From: Alkalimonas sp.
Lineage (GTDB): Bacteria > Pseudomonadota > Gammaproteobacteria > Enterobacterales > Alteromonadaceae
DNA length: 64,000 bases
Assembly (NCBI RefSeq): GCF_020831925.1
Contig: NZ_JAFIFQ010000005.1
Span: forward strand, 30,541-94,540
Direction of reading: 5' to 3'
Position numbers and translations under genes: made by a program. The notes beneath the pieces were generated by a model, which ran no database searches, was not told the origin of the DNA, and saw only the letters and a list, made by a program, of their open reading frames with translations. Positions 12,741 through 22,687 of this stretch are shown here, piece by piece (the first letter of the stretch is position 1; each line of letters opens with the position of its first letter).

Positions 12741-13178
12741 TCAGTAGTGGGAGCTGTTAGCTGGTAGTACGGTGATAACTTGCCAGCGGCCGGTTTCACG
12801 AATAAAGAACACCGTTCGGTCACTGAGCGAAAACTCAAGCGTACTTACTTGATCATGGTTGATGGACATGGTTGGGTCGAATGGCGTCAATGCAACCACT
12901 AAGCCGTCAAATAGAGGATCTGTGATTGCCTCATCAAAGGCGACTTGTTCTTTTTGGTAGCGTTGTGCAAATTGCAACAGATCTTCGAAACTGTGCGTGC
13001 TTTGAATGGCATGCATCACAATTGCATCAATGTCATCTTGGCACTCAGAGTAAATAATAGATGCCCCCGCAAACATAGAGTCTTGCTGACTGCAAAGTTG
13101 TGAGGGAATAGGTGTATGGATAGATTCCGAAGCACTCAAAGTGAGCATGCAAACTAGAAACAACACTATCGCTTTCAT
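12741..13178 (-). CDS. Hypothetical exported protein
   Basis: 145 aa ORF with a signal-like N-terminus (MKAIVLFLVCMLTLSA); ATGA overlap with the upstream ORF; no recognised family. Confidence 0.65.
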   Translation of the reverse strand: MKAIVLFLVCMLTLSASESIHTPIPSQLCSQQDSMFAGASIIYSECQDDIDAIVMHAIQSTHSFEDLLQFAQRYQKEQVAFDEAITDPLFDGLVVALTPFDPTMSINHDQVSTLEFSLSDRTVFFIRETGRWQVITVLPANSSHY

Positions 13179-13693
13179 AAAAACCCTGCCCTCTCAAGAC
13201 GCCTGACCATTTGAGTTTCATGAGCATTTCGCCAAAAGTCAAAGCTACGAGGCTCAGACATTAACTCAAGCATAACACCAGTCACGTTTGTCATGGTTTT
13301 TAGCGATAAGTGTGTGGCAAAGTATTGATTTGCACGTCCCAAACTTCTTGTCGCAGCACCAGCGCGGCCAGGCATATTTTGGCTGCCTTGCTCTAACACT
13401 TTGCCTACTGTGTCCATTTCAAATCCAGCTGGATCAGCGACTGCTTCTGCAATCTTATGTAAATTCTCTTCAAGGCATACAATCCTGATGTCATCCATAA
13501 GGTGCGTTCGTATCATAATAGCCATAGCTTTGGATCGGAGTATATTGCGGATAGTTCCAAGGGAAAGTTCATTATCGGAAAAGAAGTTATAAAACATGGC
13601 TACTTCAACACGTTCCATCACCGCAGAACAGTGATTTTCTAACAGCCGCCCCCGTATGTTAAGGAGTTTGCTTTTTGCTTTAGTTATATTCAT
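13175..13693 (-). CDS. Hypothetical cytoplasmic protein
   Basis: About 172 aa from ATG 13693, which lies downstream of the consensus promoter (ORF track starts at 13717); no recognised family. Confidence 0.65.
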   Translation of the reverse strand: MNITKAKSKLLNIRGRLLENHCSAVMERVEVAMFYNFFSDNELSLGTIRNILRSKAMAIMIRTHLMDDIRIVCLEENLHKIAEAVADPAGFEMDTVGKVLEQGSQNMPGRAGAATRSLGRANQYFATHLSLKTMTNVTGVMLELMSEPRSFDFWRNAHETQMVRRLERAGFL

Positions 13694-13721
13694 AAACTTA
13701 ATTCCATTTAAAAACATGAAA

Positions 13722-13749
13722 ATTATATATGTTGTTATTTTTATGTCAA
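13722..13749 (-). promoter_or_regulatory. Consensus sigma70 promoter for the two-gene cassette
   Basis: Minus strand TTGACA-N16-TATAAT. Confidence 0.8.
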
Positions 13750-13764
13750 TAAAATATCCCTTGC

Positions 13765-13855
13765 TCGGAACTGCGGCATGAACATTACCCTGCTTACGAT
13801 GGAGGCAGCACTACGTCAAATCGTGGCCAATGCCGGCCTTGGCGGCGGTTTTTTC
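13765..13855 (+). repeat. Degenerate direct repeat of groEL 12335-12406 fused to a copy of the groEL terminator (att-like remnant)
   Basis: 58/72 nt gap-free identity to groEL codons ~436-459 including a 17-bp perfect core CGTCAAATCGTGGCCAA, then CCGGCCTTGGCGGCGGTTTTTT matching 12707-12729. Confidence 0.9.
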
Positions 13856-14070
13856 TTTTTTCAAAATTAGAAACTGATGATTTATTCGCCAACCCTTGTT
13901 CTTGTTCATCATTCACAAAAGTGATTATCTTAATCGATTAATTTCGCTGTATTCTAAATTATTGTTCAAATATTCTGCGCCCAAGTTCAGTCATGAACCA
14001 TTCAAACGGTGAATGCGATAATGCACTGCCGTTTCCTACCACTGGCGTTCAGCCACCTTGAGTTTGCTCC

Positions 14071-15648
14071 ATGAGAAAAAATTTACCTGTGACCAATCGT
14101 GAGGTGCACTTAAGTGACACTTCCAACATTTTATCGACCACCAGCCCGAATAGTCATATTACCTATGTAAATGACGATTTCATTAAAATCAGCGGATTCA
14201 CTGAAGCCGAGCTGATAGGGCAGCCGCATAATTTGGTGCGGCATCCCGATATGCCGACAGCGGCCTTTGAGCATATGTGGGCCACCCTTAAAGCAGGGCA
14301 TTCCTGGATGGGGCTGGTAAAAAACCGTTGCAAAAATGGTGACCATTATTGGGTCAGTGCTTTTGTAACGCCGATCAGTAAGAACGGCAGCATCACTGAA
14401 ATTCAATCGGTGCGTACCAAAGCCGATCCACAAAGTATTCGACGGGCTGAACAATGTTATGCCTCATTGCACGCAGGCAAAGCTGTACCAGCAAAGTCGA
14501 AAGTATCCATACCACTGAAGCTGATGCTGTGGGTGGTTTTGAGTATGCTGCTTGGTGGCTTTGGCAGCTTATTGGTGTCTGAGTTCTGGCTTCAGTTGAG
14601 CCTGAGCTTGCTGGCTCCTGTTGTGCTAAGCACAGCCGCTATTTTTTATCTGTTGGCGCCGTTAAAGCAGCTCAGAGCGCTTTCAGCCAGCATCGTTGAG
14701 AACCCGTTGAGCCAAAAATTATATACCAATCGCAATGATGAATTTGGCGGGATTGAGTTTGCACTGCGCATGTTGCAAGCCGAAACGGGATCTGTGGTTG
14801 GCCGAATTCATGATGCTTCCGGCAAACTAACTCAGCATACCCGCAGCTCACTGCAGAAAGTAGAAGCAGGCAACAAGGTCAATGCAGCGCAACAAACGGA
14901 AACCGATCAGATTGCGACGGCAGTGACTGAAATGGCGGCCAGTATCCAGCAGGTTGCATCGAGTGCTCAGGTTGCTGCCAATGCAGCAGAGGAAGCCGAT
15001 AGTGAAACAGCAAGTGGCCGGCATTTGGTTGAGAAAACCAAAGGTTCCATTAAAAGTCTGGAACATGAGCTTAGCAAGGCGGCGCAAGCTATTCATGAAC
15101 TTGAGAAACAAAGCTTTGAGATATCCAAGGTGCTTGAGGTGATCAGGGGAGTGGCCGAGCAAACGAATCTTCTGGCCTTAAATGCGGCTATTGAAGCGGC
15201 GCGAGCCGGTGAGCAAGGCCGGGGTTTTGCGGTTGTTGCTGATGAAGTCCGAAGCCTAGCTGGCCGAACCCGCCAATCAACAACCGATATTCAGTCGATG
15301 ATCGACACCTTGCAAAACCGGGCGCAAACTGCGGTTGCGGCGATGGAACAAAGCAGTGCTCAAGCCAATGAGTGTGTTAGTGATGCGGTAGAGGCGGCTT
15401 TAGCGCTGGAGAGTATCGGCCAGAAAGTCAACAAAATCAGTGATATGAACGTACAGATAGCGATGGCTGCCGAGCAGCAGGGAACGGTAAGTGAGAGCAT
15501 TAACCGGGCGGTGAACAGCATGCAGGAAGCGGCCAATGATAATGTGCATATTGGCAAAGGGAACTTAGAAAGTGCTACTGCTGTGGCCACCTTATCGAGT
15601 GGTCTGAATGAGTTGGCTCAGCAATTTTGGATGAAACGAAAAAGCTAA
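14071..15648 (+). CDS. aer: PAS-domain methyl-accepting chemotaxis protein (Aer-like aerotaxis receptor)
   Basis: N-terminal PAS ([26 protein letters not shown]), hydrophobic hairpin, MCP signature [31 protein letters not shown]. Confidence 0.85.
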   Translation: MRKNLPVTNREVHLSDTSNILSTTSPNSHITYVNDDFIKISGFTEAELIGQPHNLVRHPDMPTAAFEHMWATLKAGHSWMGLVKNRCKNGDHYWVSAFVTPISKNGSITEIQSVRTKADPQSIRRAEQCYASLHAGKAVPAKSKVSIPLKLMLWVVLSMLLGGFGSLLVSEFWLQLSLSLLAPVVLSTAAIFYLLAPLKQLRALSASIVENPLSQKLYTNRNDEFGGIEFALRMLQAETGSVVGRIHDASGKLTQHTRSSLQKVEAGNKVNAAQQTETDQIATAVTEMAASIQQVASSAQVAANAAEEADSETASGRHLVEKTKGSIKSLEHELSKAAQAIHELEKQSFEISKVLEVIRGVAEQTNLLALNAAIEAARAGEQGRGFAVVADEVRSLAGRTRQSTTDIQSMIDTLQNRAQTAVAAMEQSSAQANECVSDAVEAALALESIGQKVNKISDMNVQIAMAAEQQGTVSESINRAVNSMQEAANDNVHIGKGNLESATAVATLSSGLNELAQQFWMKRKS

Positions 15649-15882
15649 AGATGCTATCAAGACTCTACTGTAAGGCCGCTGATGCGGCCTTATGAACACC
15701 TGGGCGTTAGGAGCAAATGGCTGAGTGTTGTACTCGCGAACACCGGCACAACAAATAACAAAAAATGACAACTTAATGAATCCAATTCAGTCTATAGTCA
15801 TATAAAGTTGACTAGTATTTAGTCAGGCTCGACCCTTGTATCGTCGAGCTACGCATCTGCGTGCTATTAATTGGAGGCAATA

Positions 15883-16446
15883 ATGACCACACCTATTTGG
15901 CGCAAACTAATGATGGCAGGTGCCCTGGCTGGGCTGATGAGCGCAAGCTTTCATGGTCTGGCGGAGGATGCATCCAACTTAACCCTTACTTTCCAGGAGC
16001 CGGAGAAATTTACTGATATTCGGCCGGCTAATGAAAGCCGGGCACGTTTTCGCGAGCGTACTCTGGCCGGCTTTGAGCGAATTTTCCAGGAGTTCGCGGC
16101 TGAGCTGCCGGAAGGGTATCAGTGGCAGGTGACGGTGACAGACATCGATTTGGCCGGGGATGTCAATCCGATGTATAGCCGTACGGGCCAGGATATTCGG
16201 GTAGTGAAAGATCTTTATTCACCGCGAGTAGCCTTTACCCATGTACTGCGGGATGGCTACGGCGAGCAGGTGGCTGCTGGTGAAGAAAATATCCGTGATA
16301 TGGGCTTTTTACAAAGCCCGCGTATGGTAGGGCCCCGGCATCAGGACCTGCGCTACGAGTACACCATGTTGAAACGCTGGTTTGAACGTGATTTGATGCC
16401 ACAAATCGAAGCACATCAGGCCAAGTTGCCCAAAGTCAGCCAGTAA
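15883..16446 (+). CDS. DUF3016-family exported protein
   Basis: Signal peptide; FQEPEKFTDIR and VTDIDLAGDV motifs; GGAGG RBS. Confidence 0.75.
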   Translation: MTTPIWRKLMMAGALAGLMSASFHGLAEDASNLTLTFQEPEKFTDIRPANESRARFRERTLAGFERIFQEFAAELPEGYQWQVTVTDIDLAGDVNPMYSRTGQDIRVVKDLYSPRVAFTHVLRDGYGEQVAAGEENIRDMGFLQSPRMVGPRHQDLRYEYTMLKRWFERDLMPQIEAHQAKLPKVSQ

Positions 16447-16491
16447 ATTGAATTGGGCATGAAAACGGCGAGCTTAGGCTCGTCGTTTTGC

Positions 16492-16803
16492 TTAATGGTG
16501 CTTTAAAGCCTGCTGAAACTCTTGCAGGGTTTGATGCAATTGCTTAAGTTGCTGCACTGCACGTTGCAAGGTGGCGGTACTGAACTGCTGGCTCTGACGC
16601 ATGGCAGCCACCAGTTCGGCAGTTTCTGCTAAGTAAGGCATAAAGCGGGCGCTTTGCACTTGAAAGCCGGCATTGGCCGGGAAAATGGCCTGATACTTAC
16701 CCTTGCCTTGTTGTTTCAGCGCGTCCAGGGCCTGATCGGCATCCAGCGCTTTGCGGTACAACTCTTTCAGGTTGGCATCCAGTTGGTCCAGCAGTTGATC
16801 CAT
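16492..16803 (-). CDS. Hypothetical helical protein
   Basis: 103 aa ORF with RBS; convergent terminator at ~16456-16483. Confidence 0.7.
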   Translation of the reverse strand: MDQLLDQLDANLKELYRKALDADQALDALKQQGKGKYQAIFPANAGFQVQSARFMPYLAETAELVAAMRQSQQFSTATLQRAVQQLKQLHQTLQEFQQALKHH

Positions 16804-16897
16804 GGTTGCGATCTCATCCTCTATAATGGGGCGGATTATGCCATAAAGCCAGACCGCAAGCAGCAGCTTGTGCCTGGTTCATATTTCATTTTTTGCC

Positions 16898-16920
16898 GAT
16901 TTGTTATATCATCTCATTCC
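16898..16920. promoter_or_regulatory. Second Zur-like (possibly Fur-like) box
   Basis: GATTTGTTATATCATCTCATTCC; 18/23 identical to the box at 5043-5065. Confidence 0.55.
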
Positions 16921-16933
16921 TATTGATGATTGA

Positions 16934-17371
16934 GTGGTAACTGCTGTGCTTAGCCTGGGACGAAACGTATTGGATAAAGCGGGGATTGCGCTGACATCGC
17001 TTTGTGCGGTGCATTGCATTATGCTGCCTGTGCTGTTGCCGGTATTGCCGTTGCTTGGCGCTAGCTTTCTGGCCAACGAGAGCTTTGAACGTGCTGCTTT
17101 GCTGCTGACGATGGTGCTGGGTTTTATTGCACTGTTTTCAGGTTTTCATCGTTACCACCGTAAACTCTACCCCTTCTACTCGCTGTTTTTAGGCGGTTTT
17201 ATCTACTGGCACAAAGATATTTTTGGTCACCACTGGGAGCCCGCAGTGCTCACCATAGGTGCAGCCTTTGTGGTACTGGCGCATGTGCTGAATATGCGGC
17301 TATGCCAGCGTTGCACCGCTTGTAAAACAGACGTGGCATGCAAAGATGAGGCAGAGCCACTGCAAAGCTAG
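16934..17371 (+). CDS. MerC-domain membrane protein
   Basis: LDKAGIALTSLCAVHC motif, four hydrophobic segments, Cys-rich tail CQRCTAC; true start may be TTG 16970. Confidence 0.8.
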   Translation: MVTAVLSLGRNVLDKAGIALTSLCAVHCIMLPVLLPVLPLLGASFLANESFERAALLLTMVLGFIALFSGFHRYHRKLYPFYSLFLGGFIYWHKDIFGHHWEPAVLTIGAAFVVLAHVLNMRLCQRCTACKTDVACKDEAEPLQS

Positions 17372-17374
17372 CCT

Positions 17375-18073
17375 TTAGTCGGCTTCGAATGCCCAAATCC
17401 GGCTCCGTGCCGGATAGTTAGTAAAGATACCATCCACTCCCAACTGCTGCATCTCGCTGATGTCATCCAGTCCATCCACGGTATAGACATAGACTTTCAA
17501 GCCAAGTTGGTGGGCATCATGCACCAGCTGCTGGTCGATGAAGTTCAGATCACAGTGCACGGAATACATGCCTAAATCATGCACATACTGGGCGTAGTTC
17601 AGTTGCAGACTGGCGGTGAGGGCACCTAGCCTGAGCTGAGGCAAGGCCTGTTTCAACTGCAACAGCAGGTGATGGTTAAAAGACGACACCAGCACCTCGT
17701 TGAGGGACAAACCAAGCTCTTGCTCAGCTCTCGCCAACAAGGCCAGTAGTGGCTTGGCGGTATCCTTGCCTTTGAGCTCGATATTCAGCCAGCAGCGGCC
17801 TTGTACCAGCTCCAGTACTTGCCACAGGGTAGGAATAGGCTCGCCCTCACCGGCATCCAGCTGTTGCAGATAAGCCAGGCTATGCTGGTAAATGGTACCA
17901 CTGCCATTGGTGGTGCGCTCCAGCTTGGGATCGTGAATCACGATCAGCTCACCTTCAACTGCATACACATCCACCTCGATGGCATCGGCTCCCTGCAAAA
18001 TTGCCTGAGCTATCGCCAGCAGGGTATTTTCTGGAAACTCGCCACTGGCTCCCCGATGGGCAATGATTTGCAT
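17375..18073 (-). CDS. Glycerophosphodiester phosphodiesterase family protein
   Basis: IIAHRGASG, PENT, IEVDV, IELK, GVDGIFTNYP. Confidence 0.93.
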   Translation of the reverse strand: MQIIAHRGASGEFPENTLLAIAQAILQGADAIEVDVYAVEGELIVIHDPKLERTTNGSGTIYQHSLAYLQQLDAGEGEPIPTLWQVLELVQGRCWLNIELKGKDTAKPLLALLARAEQELGLSLNEVLVSSFNHHLLLQLKQALPQLRLGALTASLQLNYAQYVHDLGMYSVHCDLNFIDQQLVHDAHQLGLKVYVYTVDGLDDISEMQQLGVDGIFTNYPARSRIWAFEAD

Positions 18074-18105
18074 ACAGGCTCCTTAAGGTGATGCGGGTAT
18101 TTAGC

Positions 18106-18972
18106 TTAATCCGCCGTCAGTCGCTTGGCAAAGGGTGCCCCCATCCGGGTGACACTACCTGGCTGCTGCTCGGCTAAAAACTCCAGCTGTTCAGGTGCAA
18201 ACGCCAGTACAACGGTGGAGCCCAACTTAAAGCGACCCATTTCATCGCCTTTTTCCAGTCGAACAGCGGTAGGGCCTGTTGCCGGGTACTGCCACCGATG
18301 CACCGTTTTACCGGTTGGTGGCGTGATGGTGCCGGCCCAAACCGTTTCAATGCTGGCAACAATGGTCGCGCCTACCAGTACCAGCGCCATTGGGCCCAGC
18401 TCGGTATCAAAGATGGTCACGACCCGCTCGTTGCGGGCAAACAGATTGGGCACATTGTCTGCGGTCAGGGGATTCACGGAGAACAAATCACCTGGCACGT
18501 AGATCATTTCGCGCAGGATGCCGCTGACGGGCATATGAATGCGATGGTAATCTTTCGGTGCCAGATAGATGGTGGCAAACTGGCCGCCAAGAAATGGCAC
18601 TGCGGTTTCAGCTTCGCCGCCTAGCAGCGTTTGCAGCGAATAATCGTGGTTTTTGGCCTGCACCAGCTTGCCATCGGTAATAGCGCCTAACTGACTGATG
18701 GTGCCATCGACTGGGTGGGCAATGATATCGGCCGCTTCCGCCAGTGGCCGGATGCCATCTTTTAATGGCCGGGTAAAAAACTCATTGAAGCTGCGGTAAT
18801 CACGCGCCTGTTCGTACTTGGCTTCGGTCATATCGATTTTGTAGGCTTTGATGAAAAGTTTAATCAGCATATGGCTGAAAAAGCCCAGCCGGGCGGCTGC
18901 CAGGTAACCGACCAGCCGCGAGATCAGGTGCTTAGGCAGAATGTATTGCAGAATGATTTTTACTTGGTCCAT
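18106..18972 (-). CDS. psd: Phosphatidylserine decarboxylase proenzyme
   Basis: [24 protein letters not shown] cleavage motif. Confidence 0.97.
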   Translation of the reverse strand: MDQVKIILQYILPKHLISRLVGYLAAARLGFFSHMLIKLFIKAYKIDMTEAKYEQARDYRSFNEFFTRPLKDGIRPLAEAADIIAHPVDGTISQLGAITDGKLVQAKNHDYSLQTLLGGEAETAVPFLGGQFATIYLAPKDYHRIHMPVSGILREMIYVPGDLFSVNPLTADNVPNLFARNERVVTIFDTELGPMALVLVGATIVASIETVWAGTITPPTGKTVHRWQYPATGPTAVRLEKGDEMGRFKLGSTVVLAFAPEQLEFLAEQQPGSVTRMGAPFAKRLTAD

Positions 18973-18989
18973 AACAGGCTCTTTTGACG

Positions 18990-20039
18990 TTAGAAATGAT
19001 TTGGTTTGTCTTCTGCCATGCTGGTCAGAATGCGCAGATAGCTCTGGTAACGTTGTTCGCTGATGTCGCCATCGGCCACTGCTTGCAGAATAGCACAGCC
19101 GGGGTCTTTGATATGTTTGCAGTCACGAAACTTGCAATGGCCAAGAAACTGCTGAAACTCGACAAAGCCAGCGGTGACCTGCTCCGGACTAAAATGCCAC
19201 AGGCCAAATTCACGAATACCGGGCGAGTCAATCAGCTGGCCGCCACTGGGTAAATGATACAGGCGTGAGGCGGTGGTGGTGTGCTGACCCAGGCCAGATA
19301 CATCCGAGACCTGCTGGGTCGACAGCGCCAACTCAGGTAAAATGGCATTCATAATGGACGACTTGCCGACACCGGATTGCCCGACCAGAATACTCGTGCC
19401 TTCCTGCAGCAACTGCTGCAGCGCGGCCATGCCTTCGCCCTGTTTGGCACTCAGCCATAAGGTGGCATACCCCAAATCGCTATATAGCTGCAGCTGTTGT
19501 TGCAAGGCGTGCCGCTGTTCATCGCTCAGCAGGTCGGTTTTATTCAGTACCAGCACCGGCGGGATGCCGGTGACTTCGGCCGCCACCAGATAGCGATCGA
19601 TGATCTGGGCTGAAAACTCCGGCAACACAGCCGATACCACCACAATGCGATCAATGTTGGCTGCTACCGGTTTTAAGCCATCGTAAAAATCGGGCCGAAG
19701 CAACACCGAGTCGCGCTCGGCGACTGCATCAATGATGCCATCGATACTACCCTGTGACTGACGGACCCGGCGAAATGCAACCCGATCACCAGTCACTACC
19801 GAGCTTAAGGTACGGCGCAGGTTACAGCGGATCACGCTGCCATCAGCAGCTTCAACATCGGCATGTTTGCCAAAGCGACTTAAAATAAGGCCAGGCTCGG
19901 CGGCTAAATAGATGTCGTCATCACCGGCGCTTTCCTGCTTGCTGGTATCCAGCCGCTTTTGGTTGTGCTTGGCAATACGGGCCTGTTGCTGTTTGGTTAA
20001 ACGTCGTTTGGAGCTCACTCGATTCCGCCTGTTCATCAC
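18990..20039 (-). CDS. rsgA: Small-subunit biogenesis GTPase RsgA
   Basis: [28 protein letters not shown]; real start may be GTG 20018. Confidence 0.97.
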   Translation of the reverse strand: MMNRRNRVSSKRRLTKQQQARIAKHNQKRLDTSKQESAGDDDIYLAAEPGLILSRFGKHADVEAADGSVIRCNLRRTLSSVVTGDRVAFRRVRQSQGSIDGIIDAVAERDSVLLRPDFYDGLKPVAANIDRIVVVSAVLPEFSAQIIDRYLVAAEVTGIPPVLVLNKTDLLSDEQRHALQQQLQLYSDLGYATLWLSAKQGEGMAALQQLLQEGTSILVGQSGVGKSSIMNAILPELALSTQQVSDVSGLGQHTTTASRLYHLPSGGQLIDSPGIREFGLWHFSPEQVTAGFVEFQQFLGHCKFRDCKHIKDPGCAILQAVADGDISEQRYQSYLRILTSMAEDKPNHF

Positions 20040-20142
20040 CGGTAGCCGACTAGGCGAGGTGTGGATTGCGGTGTATGATACCCTTAAACCGTTCTGTTAA
20101 AAAGTATCCGGCGCTTTAGCGCAGCTGAGAGGCGAAACCGCA

Positions 20143-20694
20143 ATGGCAGTAAGTGAACACAATTTAATCTGGCTTGATCTGGAAATGACCGGGCTGGACC
20201 CGAAAAAAGATGTAATTCTGGAAATCGCCACCATCGTGACTGACAGTCAGCTGACTATTTTGGCCGAGGGGCCGTCGCTGGCAATCAAGCAGCCGGACGC
20301 AGTGCTGGATGGCATGGATCCCTGGTGTGTTGAGCAGCACGGCAAAAGTGGCCTGACTGAGCGTTGCCGTCGCAGCACCGTCAGCCTGGCCGAGGCTGAG
20401 CAACAAACGCTGGCCTTTTTGCGCCAGTTTGTGCCGGCCGGAAAGTCGCCGATGTGTGGCAATAGCATTGGTCAGGACCGGCGCTTTTTGGTGGAGTATG
20501 CGCCTGAGCTGGAGGCTTATTTTCACTACCGCAATCTGGATGTCAGTACCGTCAAAGAGCTGGCCAGACGTTGGGCTCCTGAGATTTTAAAACAAGTGCA
20601 AAAGCAGGGCAGCCACCTGGCGCTGGATGATATCCGTGACTCCATCGGTGAATTAGTCACCTATCGCACGCATTTTTTCAAAATTCCGCAATAA
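20143..20694 (+). CDS. orn: Oligoribonuclease
   Basis: [31 protein letters not shown]. Confidence 0.98.
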   Translation: MAVSEHNLIWLDLEMTGLDPKKDVILEIATIVTDSQLTILAEGPSLAIKQPDAVLDGMDPWCVEQHGKSGLTERCRRSTVSLAEAEQQTLAFLRQFVPAGKSPMCGNSIGQDRRFLVEYAPELEAYFHYRNLDVSTVKELARRWAPEILKQVQKQGSHLALDDIRDSIGELVTYRTHFFKIPQ

Positions 20695-20699
20695 AGGGC

Positions 20700-20734
20700 T
20701 TGCATTGGCCGCTGGTTTTTGTAAAATGCGCGGC
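20700..20734 (+). promoter_or_regulatory. tRNA promoter with stringent-type discriminator
   Basis: TTGCAT-N16-TAAAAT-GCGCGGC. Confidence 0.65.
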
Positions 20735-20765
20735 ATCAGGAACGTCACCAGCCCTGATGCATAAT

Positions 20766-20841
20766 GCGAGTATAGCTCAGCTGGTAGAGCGCGACCTTGC
20801 CAAGGTCGAGGTCACGAGTTCGAACCTCGTTACTCGCTCCA
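20766..20841 (+). tRNA. tRNA-Gly (GCC)
   Basis: 76 nt cloverleaf: acceptor GCGAGTA/TACTCGC, anticodon arm CGACC-TTGCCAA-GGTCG, GTTCGAA T-loop, encoded CCA; terminator at 20849-20875. Confidence 0.97.
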
Positions 20842-20914
20842 AATTCTGAAAAAGCAGCCTTCTGGCTGCTTTTTTGCTTTCTGTACTTGTTGATTTGAAG
20901 GCTGGTGGCGGCTG

Positions 20915-22042
20915 TCAGGCATCGCGTGGCAGGCCTTTTTTCACAATCCGCACCAGCCGCTCTGTTTGCCGGGGTAGTAAAGATTCATTGAGCCACTGCT
21001 TTTTCTGTTGCTGCTGCAGGGCCCAGCCGATGTGCTCTTGCACTAGCTCGGATGAAGCTGCATGCGCTAGTTGCAGCGCCTGCACGATATCCTCAGAAAA
21101 AGGCGCATTACCAAGTGCCACTGCCAGGTTGCGTTGCCAGCGCTCAAAACCAATACGGCGAATTGGGCTGCCTTCGGTACGCTGTAAAAAAGTGGGTTCA
21201 TCCCAACCAAACAAGCTCAGTAAGCTTTGATCGCGCCAATGCTCTTTGATTTGAAAATCAGCTTCCAGGCTCAACGGTGCTGCCCGGTTTTCCGGGCAGA
21301 CCAACTGGCAGTCGTCACAGCCATAGATCCGGTTGCCAAGTAGTGGCCGAAACTCCGGTGGAATCGCCCCTTTTAGCTCGATGGTGAGGTAGGAAATGCA
21401 GCGCCGGCCATCCACCACAAAAGGGGCAACGATGGCCTGGGTTGGGCAACTGGTGATGCAGGCGACGCAACTGCCGCAATCCCCCGGGTGTGGTTCATCA
21501 ATCGGCAGTGGCAGATTGACCAGCAGTTCGCCGAGAAAAAACCAGGAGCCGGCTTCTTGATTGAGCAGCAAGCTGTGTTTACCCACCCAACCAAGCCCTG
21601 CTTTTTGCGCCAGTGGTCGCTCCAGCACCGGGGCTGAGTCCACAAAAGGTCGGTAACCTAGCTCGCTGACTTCCTGCTCTATCCGCTCAGCCAGTTGTCT
21701 CAGCTTTCTGCGGATCACCTTGTGGTAATCGCGCCCCAGCGCATAACGGCTGATGTAGGCTTGGCTTGGGTCTTGTAAATTACTGGCAAAAGCTGCGCGT
21801 TCAGGCAAATAGTCCATCCGCACTGAAATCACCCGCAGTGTACCGGGAAGTAATTCGTCAGGGCGGGCGCGAACCATGCCATGGCGCGCCATGTAATCCA
21901 TTTCACCATGAAAGGCCTGCTCCAGCCAGGCCTGCAAGCGCGGCTCTTCCCGCTTTAAATCGGTATCGGTGATGCCACAGTCGGCAAAGCCAAGCTCCTT
22001 GGCCCAGGTTTTAATGCGTGTTGCCAGTGCTGCTAAGCTCAT
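20915..22042 (-). CDS. queG: Epoxyqueuosine reductase
   Basis: SRYALGRDYH, CGSCVACITSCPT and GCDDCQLVCP Fe-S motifs; start set at MSLAALA. Confidence 0.96.
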   Translation of the reverse strand: MSLAALATRIKTWAKELGFADCGITDTDLKREEPRLQAWLEQAFHGEMDYMARHGMVRARPDELLPGTLRVISVRMDYLPERAAFASNLQDPSQAYISRYALGRDYHKVIRRKLRQLAERIEQEVSELGYRPFVDSAPVLERPLAQKAGLGWVGKHSLLLNQEAGSWFFLGELLVNLPLPIDEPHPGDCGSCVACITSCPTQAIVAPFVVDGRRCISYLTIELKGAIPPEFRPLLGNRIYGCDDCQLVCPENRAAPLSLEADFQIKEHWRDQSLLSLFGWDEPTFLQRTEGSPIRRIGFERWQRNLAVALGNAPFSEDIVQALQLAHAASSELVQEHIGWALQQQQKKQWLNESLLPRQTERLVRIVKKGLPRDA

Positions 22043-22174
22043 GCCGTAGTGAAGTAAAGGATGAATGCACCGATGGTAGCATAAGCACCCTTGGCTGGTA
22101 ATCTTTCGTGCCGCTGTCATCAGGGATAACAGTTGGGCGGAATTTTTGTTAAAATCTGCGGTCAGAGCAGCTAA

Positions 22175-22687
22175 ATGGTAGAGGCAAATCGCGTGCAGGC
22201 AGTAAATCGCTTTCAGATCGTGTTACTGGATGAAGCTGTGACCCAGCAAGTTGCTGCCAGACTGGCTCATTTGCTGCCAGAGCAGGCGGTGTTGTTTTTA
22301 CAGGGACCTCTCGGGGCAGGAAAAACCACCTTTAGTCGCGGTTTGCTGCAAGCGCTGGGGCATCAGGGCGCAGTGAAAAGTCCCACTTACACTCTGGTAG
22401 AGCCTTACCAACTGGCGACTAGACAAATTTATCATTTTGATTTATACCGGTTAACAGATCCGGAAGAGCTTGAATTTATTGGGGGTCGCGACTATTTCAG
22501 CGACCAGGCGATTTGCCTGATTGAATGGCCGGAGCGTGGACTCGGCTTTTTGCCAGAGCCGGACCTGGTGTTAGCGCTAAGTTATCAGGCTGACGCTGAC
22601 GAGCCGGTACGTACGCTGAGTATCCACGGACAGAGTGAGTTGGGCCGTTCGATAGTAACAACGATGAGTGCGCATGAAGAACGATAA
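22175..22687 (+). CDS. tsaE: t6A biosynthesis ATPase TsaE
   Basis: GPLGAGKT, SPTYTLVEPY, HFDLYRL. Confidence 0.96.
   Translation: MVEANRVQAVNRFQIVLLDEAVTQQVAARLAHLLPEQAVLFLQGPLGAGKTTFSRGLLQALGHQGAVKSPTYTLVEPYQLATRQIYHFDLYRLTDPEELEFIGGRDYFSDQAICLIEWPERGLGFLPEPDLVLALSYQADADEPVRTLSIHGQSELGRSIVTTMSAHEER

Noticed and set aside
13980-14025. sigma28-like promoter upstream of aer (TGCGATAA)
   Set aside because: The -10 match is partial and there is no TAAA at the expected spacing.
20766-20915. tRNA-Gly as an island integration site
   Set aside because: Followed directly by its terminator and queG; no duplicated tRNA 3' end was seen in the window.
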